Source: Catajapyx aquilonaris
Lineage: Eukaryota
Length of the DNA: 43,970 nucleotides
Direction of reading: 5' to 3'
Assembly: GCA_000934665.2 (NCBI GenBank)
Contig: KZ538186.1
Coordinates: forward strand, 62,001-105,970
The number at the start of each line of letters is the position of its first letter. Position 1 is the first letter of the stretch. Positions 1 through 10,502 of this stretch are shown piece by piece. Below the pieces are notes generated by a model, which saw nothing but the letters and a program-made list of their open reading frames with translations, did not search any database and was not told the origin of the DNA. Position numbers and translations under genes: made by a program.

Positions 1-296
1 AATTCCCATACTGTACGGTAGCTTTTCCTTCACTCCATGTTATGTTTAGGTACTCATTCCGGATGCAACATTCCACCGGATTCATTTTGGTTTTGTGTTC
101 GCACTCCTCCTAGAACATATTCATATGTAACCTACATTATGACTTAGCCATGTATTCATAATAAAAAAGTGAGTAGCTAATTCCAATCTATTATTTTGTA
201 ATCAAGAGAACTATGAGCTGACAGGAAGCAGTCCCTAATATCCACTAAATGGTCATCATTTATTACCTGTACTACTTCATGCATTGAGGTACTCAC

Positions 297-3200
297 CAAG
301 GATGGGTATGTTGAGGCACAGTGCACTTGACAGGCGGAGGTAGGTACGTCCAAGCTCGAAGACATCCACTTGAAGAATGTCACTGAAGTCAAGCAACATG
401 TGGGGAGTACCTTCCGTGCGGCAGGTGATGTACACACAAGCACCCACTATCAGAGCTCCCTTGCGGCCACGGGTGAGATGGCGGGAGAGAGCCAGCTTGA
501 AGTAGTTGTACGAAGTGTCAACACAGTGCTGGTTCAGCCTGAAGGAGTAAAAGATTTTGAGGGTCTGAGTTACAATGGGAGTGTTTTTTTTGTTGTTTTT
601 TTTGAAAGCTTTCTAGGACAAAATTGCACTCCCAACAAAAAACATGCAAAATGATGTGCAGTATTCCCCCATATCAGTTGTTTCACCAGCCACAGTGTCA
701 ATTGCCCATTGCCTCCCAAAATCAGAAATCAATCATTTTGAATTCGTAAATTTCATGCATGCTCATATGCCTGGGAAGCATCATGAATCATCCTTTTGTC
801 AACTTTTTTCCCCATCTCCTACTTGGACAGACATCCTGTATCATTCAGTGTAAACAACTCTATCAGAGGTAGATACAGTCAACTCTGGATGTAAGAGACT
901 TCCAAGGGATCGCAGAAGTCAGCATCCTACATTGAGGTTTCCTATATCCTAAATAATGTGCAGGAATGGTATACCGGGACCAGCCTTTCAAGTTGGCTAT
1001 AACCGAGGGTTGCTTATAGCTGAGGCTCTTATATCTGGAGTCGACTGTATGAGGGTTGTCCAAAAAGTATCAGACTTTTATTTTTTTCGCGGAAACAAAT
1101 GAAGCACGGTAGGTGTCCTCTGGTGGTTAGGTGGTAGAGTACCTTCATGAATATTCATGAATTTTCTCCCGTCGCCAGAAAGAGTCGGTCGCCGGCAGTC
1201 AGCCTGTGAGTGACCCACGGTCTACTAGGCCCCTGTCGGATTTTCGTTTTCCGCGAAAATGAGGGAACGTCGTGAACAGCAGAACGACCCACCACTCGTC
1301 ACCAGTTATCACGGTGTTCAGGAAGTGGGGGTCACCGTTTGTGGAGTCCAGCATGTCTTGCGAGACTTCCAGACGGAATTCCTTCTACTCCGGTGGTCAG
1401 AGAGCTTCTGCGCGAATTTTGCACACACTACGCAAGGTCAAATCCTCCCTCAAAATAAAATGTAACAGAACCAGTGCTTATCCCCACCTCATCTGCAAGT
1501 TCTCGAACTGTGACACAACAGTCCCGCATGACCAAAGGTCAGCACTTGGTGAATGACGTTGTCATTTCGGCTTGATGGGGGCCTATCGGAATGTGAGTCT
1601 CTCTCCACCGACATTTGGCCATCTTTGAAACGGTTTTATCCCTGCATAACATGTGATGCCCATGGCATCATCGCTGAAAGCCTTCTGAATCTTCCGAATA
1701 GTTTCCACTTGGGTATAGCCAGGCGTGAAGGCAAAATTTGATGCAACACCTCTGTTTGACCTAAATCCAACAGGCGCCTAGTACCCTCGGTCACTCAAAG
1801 GCTCACTGCCAGAAACTGCCTCTCTGGGGGGGCGGAAAAGAAATTCACAAATACTCATGAAAGTACTACCCACCTCCCCACCAGAGGACACCTCCCATGC
1901 TTCATTTGTTTCTGTGAAAAAAAAAAGTCAGATACTTCTTGGACAGCCCTCATATACAGGGTGAAGGGAAACTCGCAGTAAGAATCCTCCGGGTACGACA
2001 CCCATGCACTTTGTCGTTTTTTACCTCGTATTTTACCATCTGGCCCTCTACACTTTAAAGGCGCCGTACGCATTAACTACGCAACGGAGCCAAAAACGAA
2101 TTGCACATCCCTATATTAGTTTTGCAAGTACTATACATTTGCCTGGCAATTGTCAGCGAGTTTCCCTTCACCTTGTATATTAGACATATACAGGGTGTAT
2201 CAGAGTCACAGGTCAAGCGCGCGCAAGGGGGTGGGGAAAAATCGTAGGTGGCGACTACCCCGGTCGGTTTTATAAAACAATTAGAAATACGGCAGTAATC
2301 AATTTATTTATTACGGCCGTATGGCGTGACGTCACGTCCTTTCTGTTTTAATTGAGCCTGGCGGGCACGGCAAATGCAAGGTAAGAGTGCAGTGGTTTGA
2401 ATGTGTTTGAAGCTGGTTGAACGAGTTTTTAGCCTTGCTGGTTGCACTGAAAAAGGCGCTCTCATGCTACACCGGCAGAGTACTGAACACACCACTGTAC
2501 AGTAGTACACTACTTTGTTCAGTACCCTACCGATGTAGCATGAGAGCGCCTTTTTCAGTTCAACCAGCTTCAAACACGTTCAAACCACTACACTCTTACC
2601 TTGCATTTGCCGTGCCCGCCAGGCTCAATTCAAACAGAAAGGACGTGACGTCACGCAATACAACTGTAATAAATAAATTGATTGCTGCCGTATTTCTAAT
2701 TGTTTTATAAAACCGACCGGGGTAGTCGCCACCTACGATTTTTCCCCACCCCCTCGCGCGCGCTTGACATGTGACTCTGATACACCCTGTATATCACACG
2801 GTTCAGTTTTATCCACAGTGAGACTTGAAACCTGGTTGGTTTGTTAGTTGTGCCAAAGCAACTAATGCTATCCGGCATTAGTGTGATGGGTTTTTGGTAG
2901 TGGGAGGAAACGGGAGAACCCCGAGAAAATCCACGCAAACACGGCGAGAACCCATTGAAACTCTTCCACATAAATGTCCTCCGTCCGACCTAGGGATCGA
3001 ACTCGGGACCTTCGAGGTGGAAGGCTGCGGCGTTAACCACTACACCACCGTGTCACTCCCAGACTTGAAACCTATCCCCTGCAGATGTGAAGGAACACAA
3101 CAGGTCCATTAATTATACAGGGTGTTCACAAATGCATCTGCCAAAATGATATGTGGGTGGTAGGGGATGCATATGAAAGAAGCATGGTATGGGTCCTAAA

Positions 3201-5112
3201 GGCCGGCGATGACGTTGACATCAACAATGTCTATCCTGACGAGTATGGATACGGCCGAACATGCCTGCATCGCTGGTTGCTGGAGTCAGGTTGGTTCAGC
3301 AACGGTCTGGGAGTACAAGCACCTGGCCCTGGCAACTAGCAATGCAGGCATGCACTGGGGTATCCACACTTATCAGGATAGACATCGTCGATGTAAAAGG
3401 TCAACATCTCCAAACTGGATCATTGCTGGCCTTTCTGACCCATGCCATGCCTCTTCCATACACACCCCGTACCACCCGTACCACATTGGCAGATAAATCG
3501 TGAACACCTTGTAATCTTGTATATCAACAGACAATTCTCCTGGAGTCTAATCTCTTGCTTTTGTGAGCTTGGGAACTCAGGCCTTATTAAATGCATCCAT
3601 TTTGACAGAAAGTCTGAGAGAAGTTCCTTCCTGGCAGTCAAGCTGAATTATTCTGTGGAGAAATTTCAAGTCTTGTTCATCCTAATGTAGAACCACCACC
3701 TATGTCCATGTGTACAGGGTGTTCCAAGTATGCACATCTATTTAGTTATAGGAAATTTCGCTCAAAGCTGTTAATTTTTTGTAGCTTGTTGCACCCCGGG
3801 TTGGTTGGTAGTGTGTGTGTGTTGGCGAGTGTGCCTAAGTGCCTGAAGGTTGTGAAGAGCCTCAGTGATAAAGTAGAGTGCTGGACATTAATGGTGTCGT
3901 ACTGACGTTTGCACAAGTCTCTGGCGGCAAAAGAGTGAATTTAAGCGACGTATTGGTTGCTAATTCATCGCTTCGATTTACTATTGTGGCACCACCAGTA
4001 ATGACACCCTTAATGTCCAGCACAGTACTATTGACACAGTATTATTGTAGACACTCTTCCATTAAAAAAGCATGTGAAGGTGTCCAGAATAATATTGTGC
4101 TGGTAGCACGTGTCTTCTAAGATTCTTTCTGGGATGACTGCAGCATCCATCGGCTATGAATTAGGTGTGAAAGAATTCACCATCCCGTCAATCTGTCACA
4201 AAGTTGGAGGCATACCTAGAATTGGTACCTGTGTATGGTGAACATGTCCTGCAGGAGCCAAACCCCCCATTTTCTGTAGGATCAAGGGGTCTGCATTCAT
4301 GGATTAAGTGTATTGACATGTATTGAGAGGGTTTTCCTGGAAGCTAACCTTTGTGGACAACAAGGATTGACTGCATAGTATGCTTCAGTATGAAACTGGC
4401 ATGTGAATGCTTGTGCAAAAAACAAGTAAATCACACCACATTTTAACACTACAAACTTCTGAAATTTTCACATTGGCACTGCACATGAATTGTTTGCTTT
4501 GTTTGTTGGTTATGCCAAAGCAACTAAGGCTATTTGGCATTCGTATAGTGGGTTTTTGGTAGTGGGAGGAAATGGCCGAACCCTGAGAAACCCACGCAAA
4601 CATGGCGAGAACCCATCGAAACTCTTTCCACGTAAGTGTCCTCCGCCTGACCCGGGGATCGAACTCGGGACCTTAGAGGTGGAAGGCTGTGGCGTTAACC
4701 ACTACACCACTGTGTCTCCCTGTGCACTGCACATGGAACCAGCATGCATACCTTAGTTGCTGGCACAGGCTGGTGATCCTTCGCTTTGCATTCTTCAGAG
4801 TGATCTCCCTGGATTCCTTTGACAAGCCAGAGTGGAAATCTGCCAAGAGAACAATAGAGTTAGCATTGTGCCATGCACCTTTGTCACCATGCAGCTCATA
4901 CTTCCTCTCAAACTTCCTCCTCCCTTGGACTCTGAAGACACAAATTGGCCTATTGCTGAGACTCCTCCTCGACTGGTTTCTTCAAACTGGACTTCCGACA
5001 CAATAATACTGTCTTGCAAGACGGACCCGCACCCAGTACACACCGCATCACCACGGCCCGGATCAGTATCGATGTCAGTGCATCCGCAATAATGGCAACG
5101 GTCGCCTGCCAT
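297..5112 (-). CDS. BRF1: Transcription factor IIIB 90 kDa subunit (BRF1), first three coding exons; gene continues beyond the left edge of the window
   Basis: Exons 4902-5112, 4752-4839 and 297-538 joined by GT-AG introns with consistent phases (1,2,1). Translation [45 protein letters not shown]...[22 protein letters not shown]...[27 protein letters not shown]...[29 protein letters not shown] matches the TFIIB-type Zn ribbon and first cyclin repeat of BRF1. Confidence 0.96.
876..1047. mobile_element. pogo/Tigger-type MITE (~170 bp)
   Basis: TA-flanked TIRs CAGTCAACTCTGGATGTAAGAG ... CTCTTATATCTGGAGTCGACTG. Confidence 0.75.
1050..1952 (-). mobile_element. Defective mariner-like element with N-terminal transposase remnant and ~190-bp inverted arms
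   Basis: TA-flanked ends TGAGGGTTGTCCAAAAAGTATCAGAC / GTCAGATACTTCTTGGACAGCCCTCA. Frameshifted minus-strand translation includes [34 protein letters not shown] and [13 protein letters not shown] (first catalytic Asp motif). Confidence 0.88.
1957..2175. mobile_element. CAGGG-terminal Tc1/mariner-type MITE (same family as 28255-28707)
   Basis: TIR CAGGGTGAAGGGAAACTCGC ... GCGAGTTTCCCTTCACCTTG, TA flanks; the interior is the reverse-complement homologue of ~28284-28460. Confidence 0.8.
2191..2789. mobile_element. Foldback (near-perfect palindromic) MITE, ~600 bp
   Basis: Begins CAGGGTGTATCAGAGTCAC and ends GTGACTCTGATACACCCTG, with TA on both sides. The arms are complementary nearly to the centre (~2490-2515), with a ~25-nt extra segment in the left arm. 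Confidence 0.92.
2834..3060 (-). mobile_element. tRNA-derived SINE (family A), full length
   Basis: Minus-strand head with A box TGGTGTAGTGG and B box GTTCGATCC, an (AAAC/AACC)-like tail, and a 13-bp TSD AGACTTGAAACCT at 2821-2833 and 3061-3073. Confidence 0.9.
3118..3511. mobile_element. Degenerate CAGGG-terminal non-autonomous DNA transposon
   Basis: Short TIR CAGGGTGTTCAC ... GTGAACACCTTG, TA on both sides. Confidence 0.55.
3876..4025. mobile_element. Small Tc1-type MITE (~150 bp)
   Basis: ~28-bp imperfect TIR GAGTGCTGGACATTAATGGTGTCGTACTG / CAGTAATGACACCCTTAATGTCCAGCACAG, TA flanks. Confidence 0.7.
4488..4723 (-). mobile_element. tRNA-derived SINE (family A), second copy
   Basis: Colinear with 2834-3060, same A and B boxes; 12-bp TSD GCACTGCACATG at 4476-4487 and 4724-4735. 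Confidence 0.9.
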
Positions 5113-5299
5113 TTCTCTCCCTTGCTTTCCAAACTCACGCTGCTTCCGATTTCTTAATAAATCACCTCACTGGGTTTTTGTCAAGTACCAGATGCCTGCT
5201 ATGTAAATGCTGCCGGATGTAAAAGGTACCGGCGTTGCAGGCCCGTAGTTGTAAAGCACGGTAAAAGCGTGCGACTCCCGTGGAAGTGACGGTTGAGAT

Positions 5300-5800
5300 G
5301 CCGAAAAATGGCCAGCTCCGTACACTCCAGGAATGGCGGAGGAATGATTTGGTCAGGGTGCGTCCGAATCCACATCACAATGCACTAGGGGTGTGACGCT
5401 ATCTGTTCAAGGTGGAATATATAGGAAATGGCGCCATATGGCGGATTTTCTGAAAAGCTCTCGTACCGCCTCTTTTGACTCATTTGCATTATTTCGAGAA
5501 TAGAATAGATATTGGGATTTTGATTGTGTTACATCCTGAGTAAATATATAACCAACACATTAGCAGGAGACCCTTTTCTTCGCACGGGTGAAATGCCAAT
5601 GCTCTATTCGTCATCTCCGCAAATATAGATGTCGTGGTAGGAAATATGTACAGTACGGAACACGGTCTTAGAAGGAGAGGTCGGGAAACTCGCCGCCATT
5701 TTGCGTTCCGTTACTCATTCCCGCCGTGGCGCTGACTGGAGGTGGCCATGATGTGACCTGGATCGTGAACATCTCCATATTGCGGCCATCTTGGTATACG
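5300..5800 (-). promoter_or_regulatory. Probable BRF1 promoter region with a cluster of YY1/Pleiohomeotic-type GCCAT motifs
   Basis: CpG-rich stretch just upstream of the BRF1 ATG with eight GCCAT/ATGGC cores (5308, 5333, 5428, 5433, 5438, 5695, 5745, 5785), including GCCGCCATTTTG and GCGGCCATCTTG. Confidence 0.5.
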
Positions 5801-7600
5801 CTATCGGTAGCTAAGACCGTGATCGGTAGTAATCGGGAGGGGGGTCGCTGATAAACCTAGTAATCGGGAGGAGGGTCGCTATCGTCGCTATAGTTGTTAT
5901 GGCGAATGAACGACACGCACAGCGAGATTCCATTGTTTTACTAGCGCCGCTGCGGGAAGGAATAACGGATCGGCCTTTTCTATTGCGCTGGGATAGAAGT
6001 GTCCATGGGCTGGTACGGAATGACCGGGAATGACTATGGAATGGCTGCGGAATAGCCACGATAGCCGATTTTGGCAGCCACCTCATTCTTTTGACATATT
6101 TAATCACTGGTCGTGGTAATTAATTTTTTTCAGATATTCGGTATTCATAATGGGAATAGTTATTAGCTCTTGATAATGGTAAGTGTGAAAATATAATATA
6201 AAATAAAAATATACAGTATCATTTTAACGTACATAGACATATAATTCAGGAAATCAACTATGGTCGAAATATAGCAATTGTTCATTTGTTCAGGAATTCC
6301 CATCTTTTACATCGCGGAAGCAAATATTGATCCATATGCATAATATAGGCTACAAGCACGCAGTATCATATATTCATACGAGTTCAATCGCAATGTGCTG
6401 AGGGCGAGTAAAAGGTGGACAATTTGCGTCTTTTGTCAATATATGTATAACAAAATGGTTTGCTGTATAATATACATTATTATCGTTAATTACGAACGTA
6501 ATTATATCGTAAACTCATTTGTAGCTATACTTACGTTTTGTACCTAATAGTTGCTGCTATGGCATATGGGGATGGAAAAAATGAAGCCCATGAAGCATGG
6601 CAGATAAATACACGCGTTATCCACATTATATAAAACCAGGCCGAATGGAAACGATCCAAAACTGAATAATTTAACATCTCAAAATCTGTTTAGCGCACTC
6701 ATATCCGAATTACGTCACTGCAAAGAAAATTAATATTCAACATTTTAATCAACATACAGTATTTATGCAATAAATTATAACGTGCTCGCCCGTGGTATAC
6801 CGGTACGGATACATAAATATATTACAATGATTCCTCTTCGACCTCCATCCTAAAATATTGGGTTCCGACAGTAACCGTGACGACAGTGTTCCCTTATGTC
6901 AGGTGCCGAAGGTCACTTCTGACCTTGACCTGGTAGCTATTCCTCACATCACCCCGCAGGGAAAAGGTCATTTGGGTCAAGTGTTAAGGATTAATAACCT
7001 ACGTGACACGACATGACAGGACCCCGTACACTACCTGTATACATGTTGCAAAATTGCGCTTTTTCTAAGAAATGAAAAGCTGGAACAATATTCCAACCTT
7101 AGCCTGATAGCAGTAAGCAGTAACAATATACATCATCTGAATCATGAGCCTGGAAGATGAATTATTGGCAGAGTTGGGACAAATGCCCCATTTTCCAGGC
7201 CGCCAAAAAAGCCGCCGTGGTTTCCCTGTGGTGTCATATGAATGTTGTCTATCTTGTCAACAAAGGCCAGAAGTGATTTTCAAAAGTTGCACAAAAATGC
7301 ACTTTTTGTTTAATGCTAATTATCTCGGTAACTGTGTGTCGGAGACCGATGTTGCATATACTCAAAGTGATCGCCTAGAAATCCCTCTAACATTTTCTCA
7401 AAGCACGGTAGATTAAATTTCCGAACTCTGTAGGCCTACATTGAAAACAGGTTCAACAACTGGGTTCGACCAACAGAGCTAAAGGTCTGATTCATTTCCC
7501 CATGCAGTACAGTACGTAACGTATGCATGGCATGGATGGAAATTGTGAGTTTATATGGATTGTCTCCTGGGCTAATGTATAACCACCATGAAGAAAAGTA

Positions 7601-8217
7601 CAGTAGTAAAACATTCCCGAAGTCGAAGTTCTCTATAAGAAAATTATGAGCTTGGTTGGTCACAATGTAAAATACTGTAATAGGAAATAAATACACTTCC
7701 CCAACTCGAATTTCTATAACTCAAAGTTCTCCATTACTCTAAGTGCAAGCGGCAGGGCCTTACGATGGGATATTGATGCGTTATTTTTCAGTCTCCCTAA
7801 GTCGAAGTTCATGCTGGCGAGTACGGAAGATTTTCTCATTTCCCAGCCGAGAGTCGGCCACATGTTAAGATCAAGGCTCTTTCCTGATCTCCGTCTGCCA
7901 GTAATGACTCATATACCATCCACACCGGGTCCCATGAGCCCAAACATTCCCATCGGTATTATTTCGATTAAATAACTGAGTTTTTTTTACAACAAAACAA
8001 TGAGGAACATTGTAGTGTGATAGTGACTGTTATTTTTAAGTTTTGAACACATTTTGTAGCTGGATATAAAGGTAAGCTTCCTTATCCCCAAACGAAATGT
8101 TCTCATTAACAATGACTTATGTGCTTAAAAAATTCCAAACTTCTCTAACTCGAATCTTCTATAACTCGAAAAAAAAGTTCCGGTCCCATGGATATTCCAC
8201 TTATAGAAGTTTTACTA
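7601..8217. mobile_element. Degenerate pogo/Tigger-type non-autonomous element
   Basis: Ends (C/T)AGTAAAAC ... AGAAGTTTTACTA with repeated subterminal AACTCGAA/GTCGAAGTT motifs. Confidence 0.55.
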
Positions 8218-8231
8218 TATGGATAATGTGT

Positions 8232-8371
8232 TTAGGCATTTATCCCATTCCAAAGCTATCCCATTTTATAGATGCAAATATACGGTATATACAAATATTC
8301 CAAAATCAGATAAAATCCAAAATCCGAAATTCTGGTCCCAAGCATTTCGGGTGAAGGATTCTCAACCTGTA
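8232..8371 (+). mobile_element. Tigger-type MITE, 3' portion (family of 20857-21171)
   Basis: Ends GGTCCCAAGCATTTCGGGTGAAGGATTCTCAACCTG-TA; homologous to ~21050-21171. Confidence 0.7.
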
Positions 8372-10502
8372 AAAAACAACTTGCCTTTTTGATACCGTAG
8401 ATCCACGAACATCCTGCAGTCTACTACGTATTTAAGAAAAATGGGCTCCTTAATAAAATAAAATTGAGCATTACATTAAAATAAAGACTTCCGTGTTTTA
8501 AGTGGCTAAATAATGTTTATTCACTCTGGCATGACAAAAACATTGCAACAAATGGTGTAGATTTTATAACTGGTATGTCTAATGAGAAATTCCAGGAAAA
8601 GGTCCCCTATAAGGGGTAATAAAACCACTACTTCTACGACCAAACTCCAGTTGTGTACACTGGCTATGCTGGAAACGGGCATGCCAACACTGATGCTTAT
8701 AATTATCATGCAACAGCGATGTCGTCAGGAGTCTATCCCGACCAAGGATAGTGAACGTATACATCCAGCAGGGCCCACAATAAGGAAAGAATCAAAACAT
8801 CGACAACCATAACAGCAAGGAGGTCTATAAAATATATAGGGCTATATGGGGGCGCCACCTACAACCAGTCCAAGCTGGACATCAATAACTATACTGTCTG
8901 TCGTTCAAATGTCACAGCAAACATCCTCCATCCAGAGGTGGTCACCCCGGAAATGTGGAGGTGTACTGCACTTGCATACGGAAGAACATCTGGTCCAGCT
9001 GGCATGATACTTATTCAAGGGTACAGTACCATCATCATGGCGTCCACTATGATTGTGGATCAGGACGATTCGCTTTTCGATGTCAGGCGAGTCTACGACT
9101 AGGTTACTTACTAGGTTTCGCCTTCAGAGGATCTCATTCGGTCCTCTATGGGTCATTTCACGAAGAATAGGACGCCCCTACTCATTTTTATTCACATCAG
9201 ATAATAATGGTCTGCTTGTACACATTTTTTTATACAATCGCTATGGTTTGGTGTAATCATTCTGAATTGCGCTGTCAATGACAACTTCGTTGGTAAATAT
9301 TGTGTACAGCACTTAAAGAATGACATTTATGAATTGTACCCACTGCTTTCTAAACAGATGTTAACATTCTGTATAGAATATGCCACAGGTAGTGGTGTGC
9401 AGTTTTTGCCTGCTATAATTAGTTCCAATTTACACATTGAGATATTAAGTCGGAAGGGATGCAAAGGACAGACAAAAAAAAAACACATTGCTTACCGGTT
9501 ACAATTACTTTTCCCGTACCAAGCGAAGTCACAGTACTTAACAAAATTGAGAGTTTTCAAGGGGGAAAAAAATAATACTTTACGAACCGACCGCCCGTAA
9601 GACTGTGTCTTAGAAGGCGTGTATTTCGGTCGATTATCGATTCGCGGTAAGCCAAAAATACAGGCTGGTGCGTCGGAATTGGTAATGTATGGTAGAATGC
9701 AATTCTAGTGTTATTTCGGCTGAAAATGTGAGGGTGTTTCGCTTGGAATGGGAAACTTCCCGTCGCCTAAAGACTCCTTTCACTCAGGCGACGGAAGCTG
9801 CGATTTTTCCCCTTATCGCACCTGATTGGTAAATTATCGTCTCCAATTATTGCAGAATTTGAAACCCCCTACATGAAAACTCGACACTGGTGAATTTGAT
9901 AGATTTTTAGCAACCTTCCCATCTTTTCCAGATACTTAGGGGATGAAGAGGTGTTTCACGCAGATAAACGACAGATGCAGCCAGACGATTGAATGATACG
10001 TAGTGAAGAGTGGATGAGGCTGAAATTAAAACGGGGAGTGTCAGACGTCATCATTTATGTTCTCTAATTAATATTAATTAGGCCGGGGGGAAAGCACAAA
10101 TTGCAACATGTTCGATCCAAAATGTATTGCGTATTGCTTAAATCATCTTTCAAAACTGCCAACATATTCGGAATCTGTCATATTTTAAAGACTCAATTTG
10201 CTGAAATACCTAACCATAGCCATAGGTCATAGGTTAGTCGACACATGAAAAGGCCAATTTGGATTTACACAGCCATTCGCTTCGGGCCTAATTGGAACCA
10301 TGGGGCTTTATCGACCAACTAATGAATTCGGCAAGTTTCCAATCTATCATGTAGTATTTAATGTACCACTATATCATGAGAGATCCTGAGCGTGTAAAAA
10401 ATAGGTATGTTTTACTAATAAAGGTTTTCCTATTTTGACATGACATACCTGTACACTGCTAGTGTAGGGGGCAGAAGTAATTCCAGAAGGCACGCACACA
10501 TT

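Noticed and set aside
177..654. ORFs 177-443 (-) and 370-654 (+)
   Set aside because: Off-frame or antisense shadows of BRF1 exon 297-538.
2304..2710. Two similar ORFs on opposite strands ([13 protein letters not shown])
   Set aside because: Artefact of the palindromic foldback element; not a gene pair.
2894..4756. Similar ORFs (VVGGNGRT...[20 protein letters not shown]) suggesting duplicated genes
   Set aside because: Antisense translations of two copies of the same SINE.
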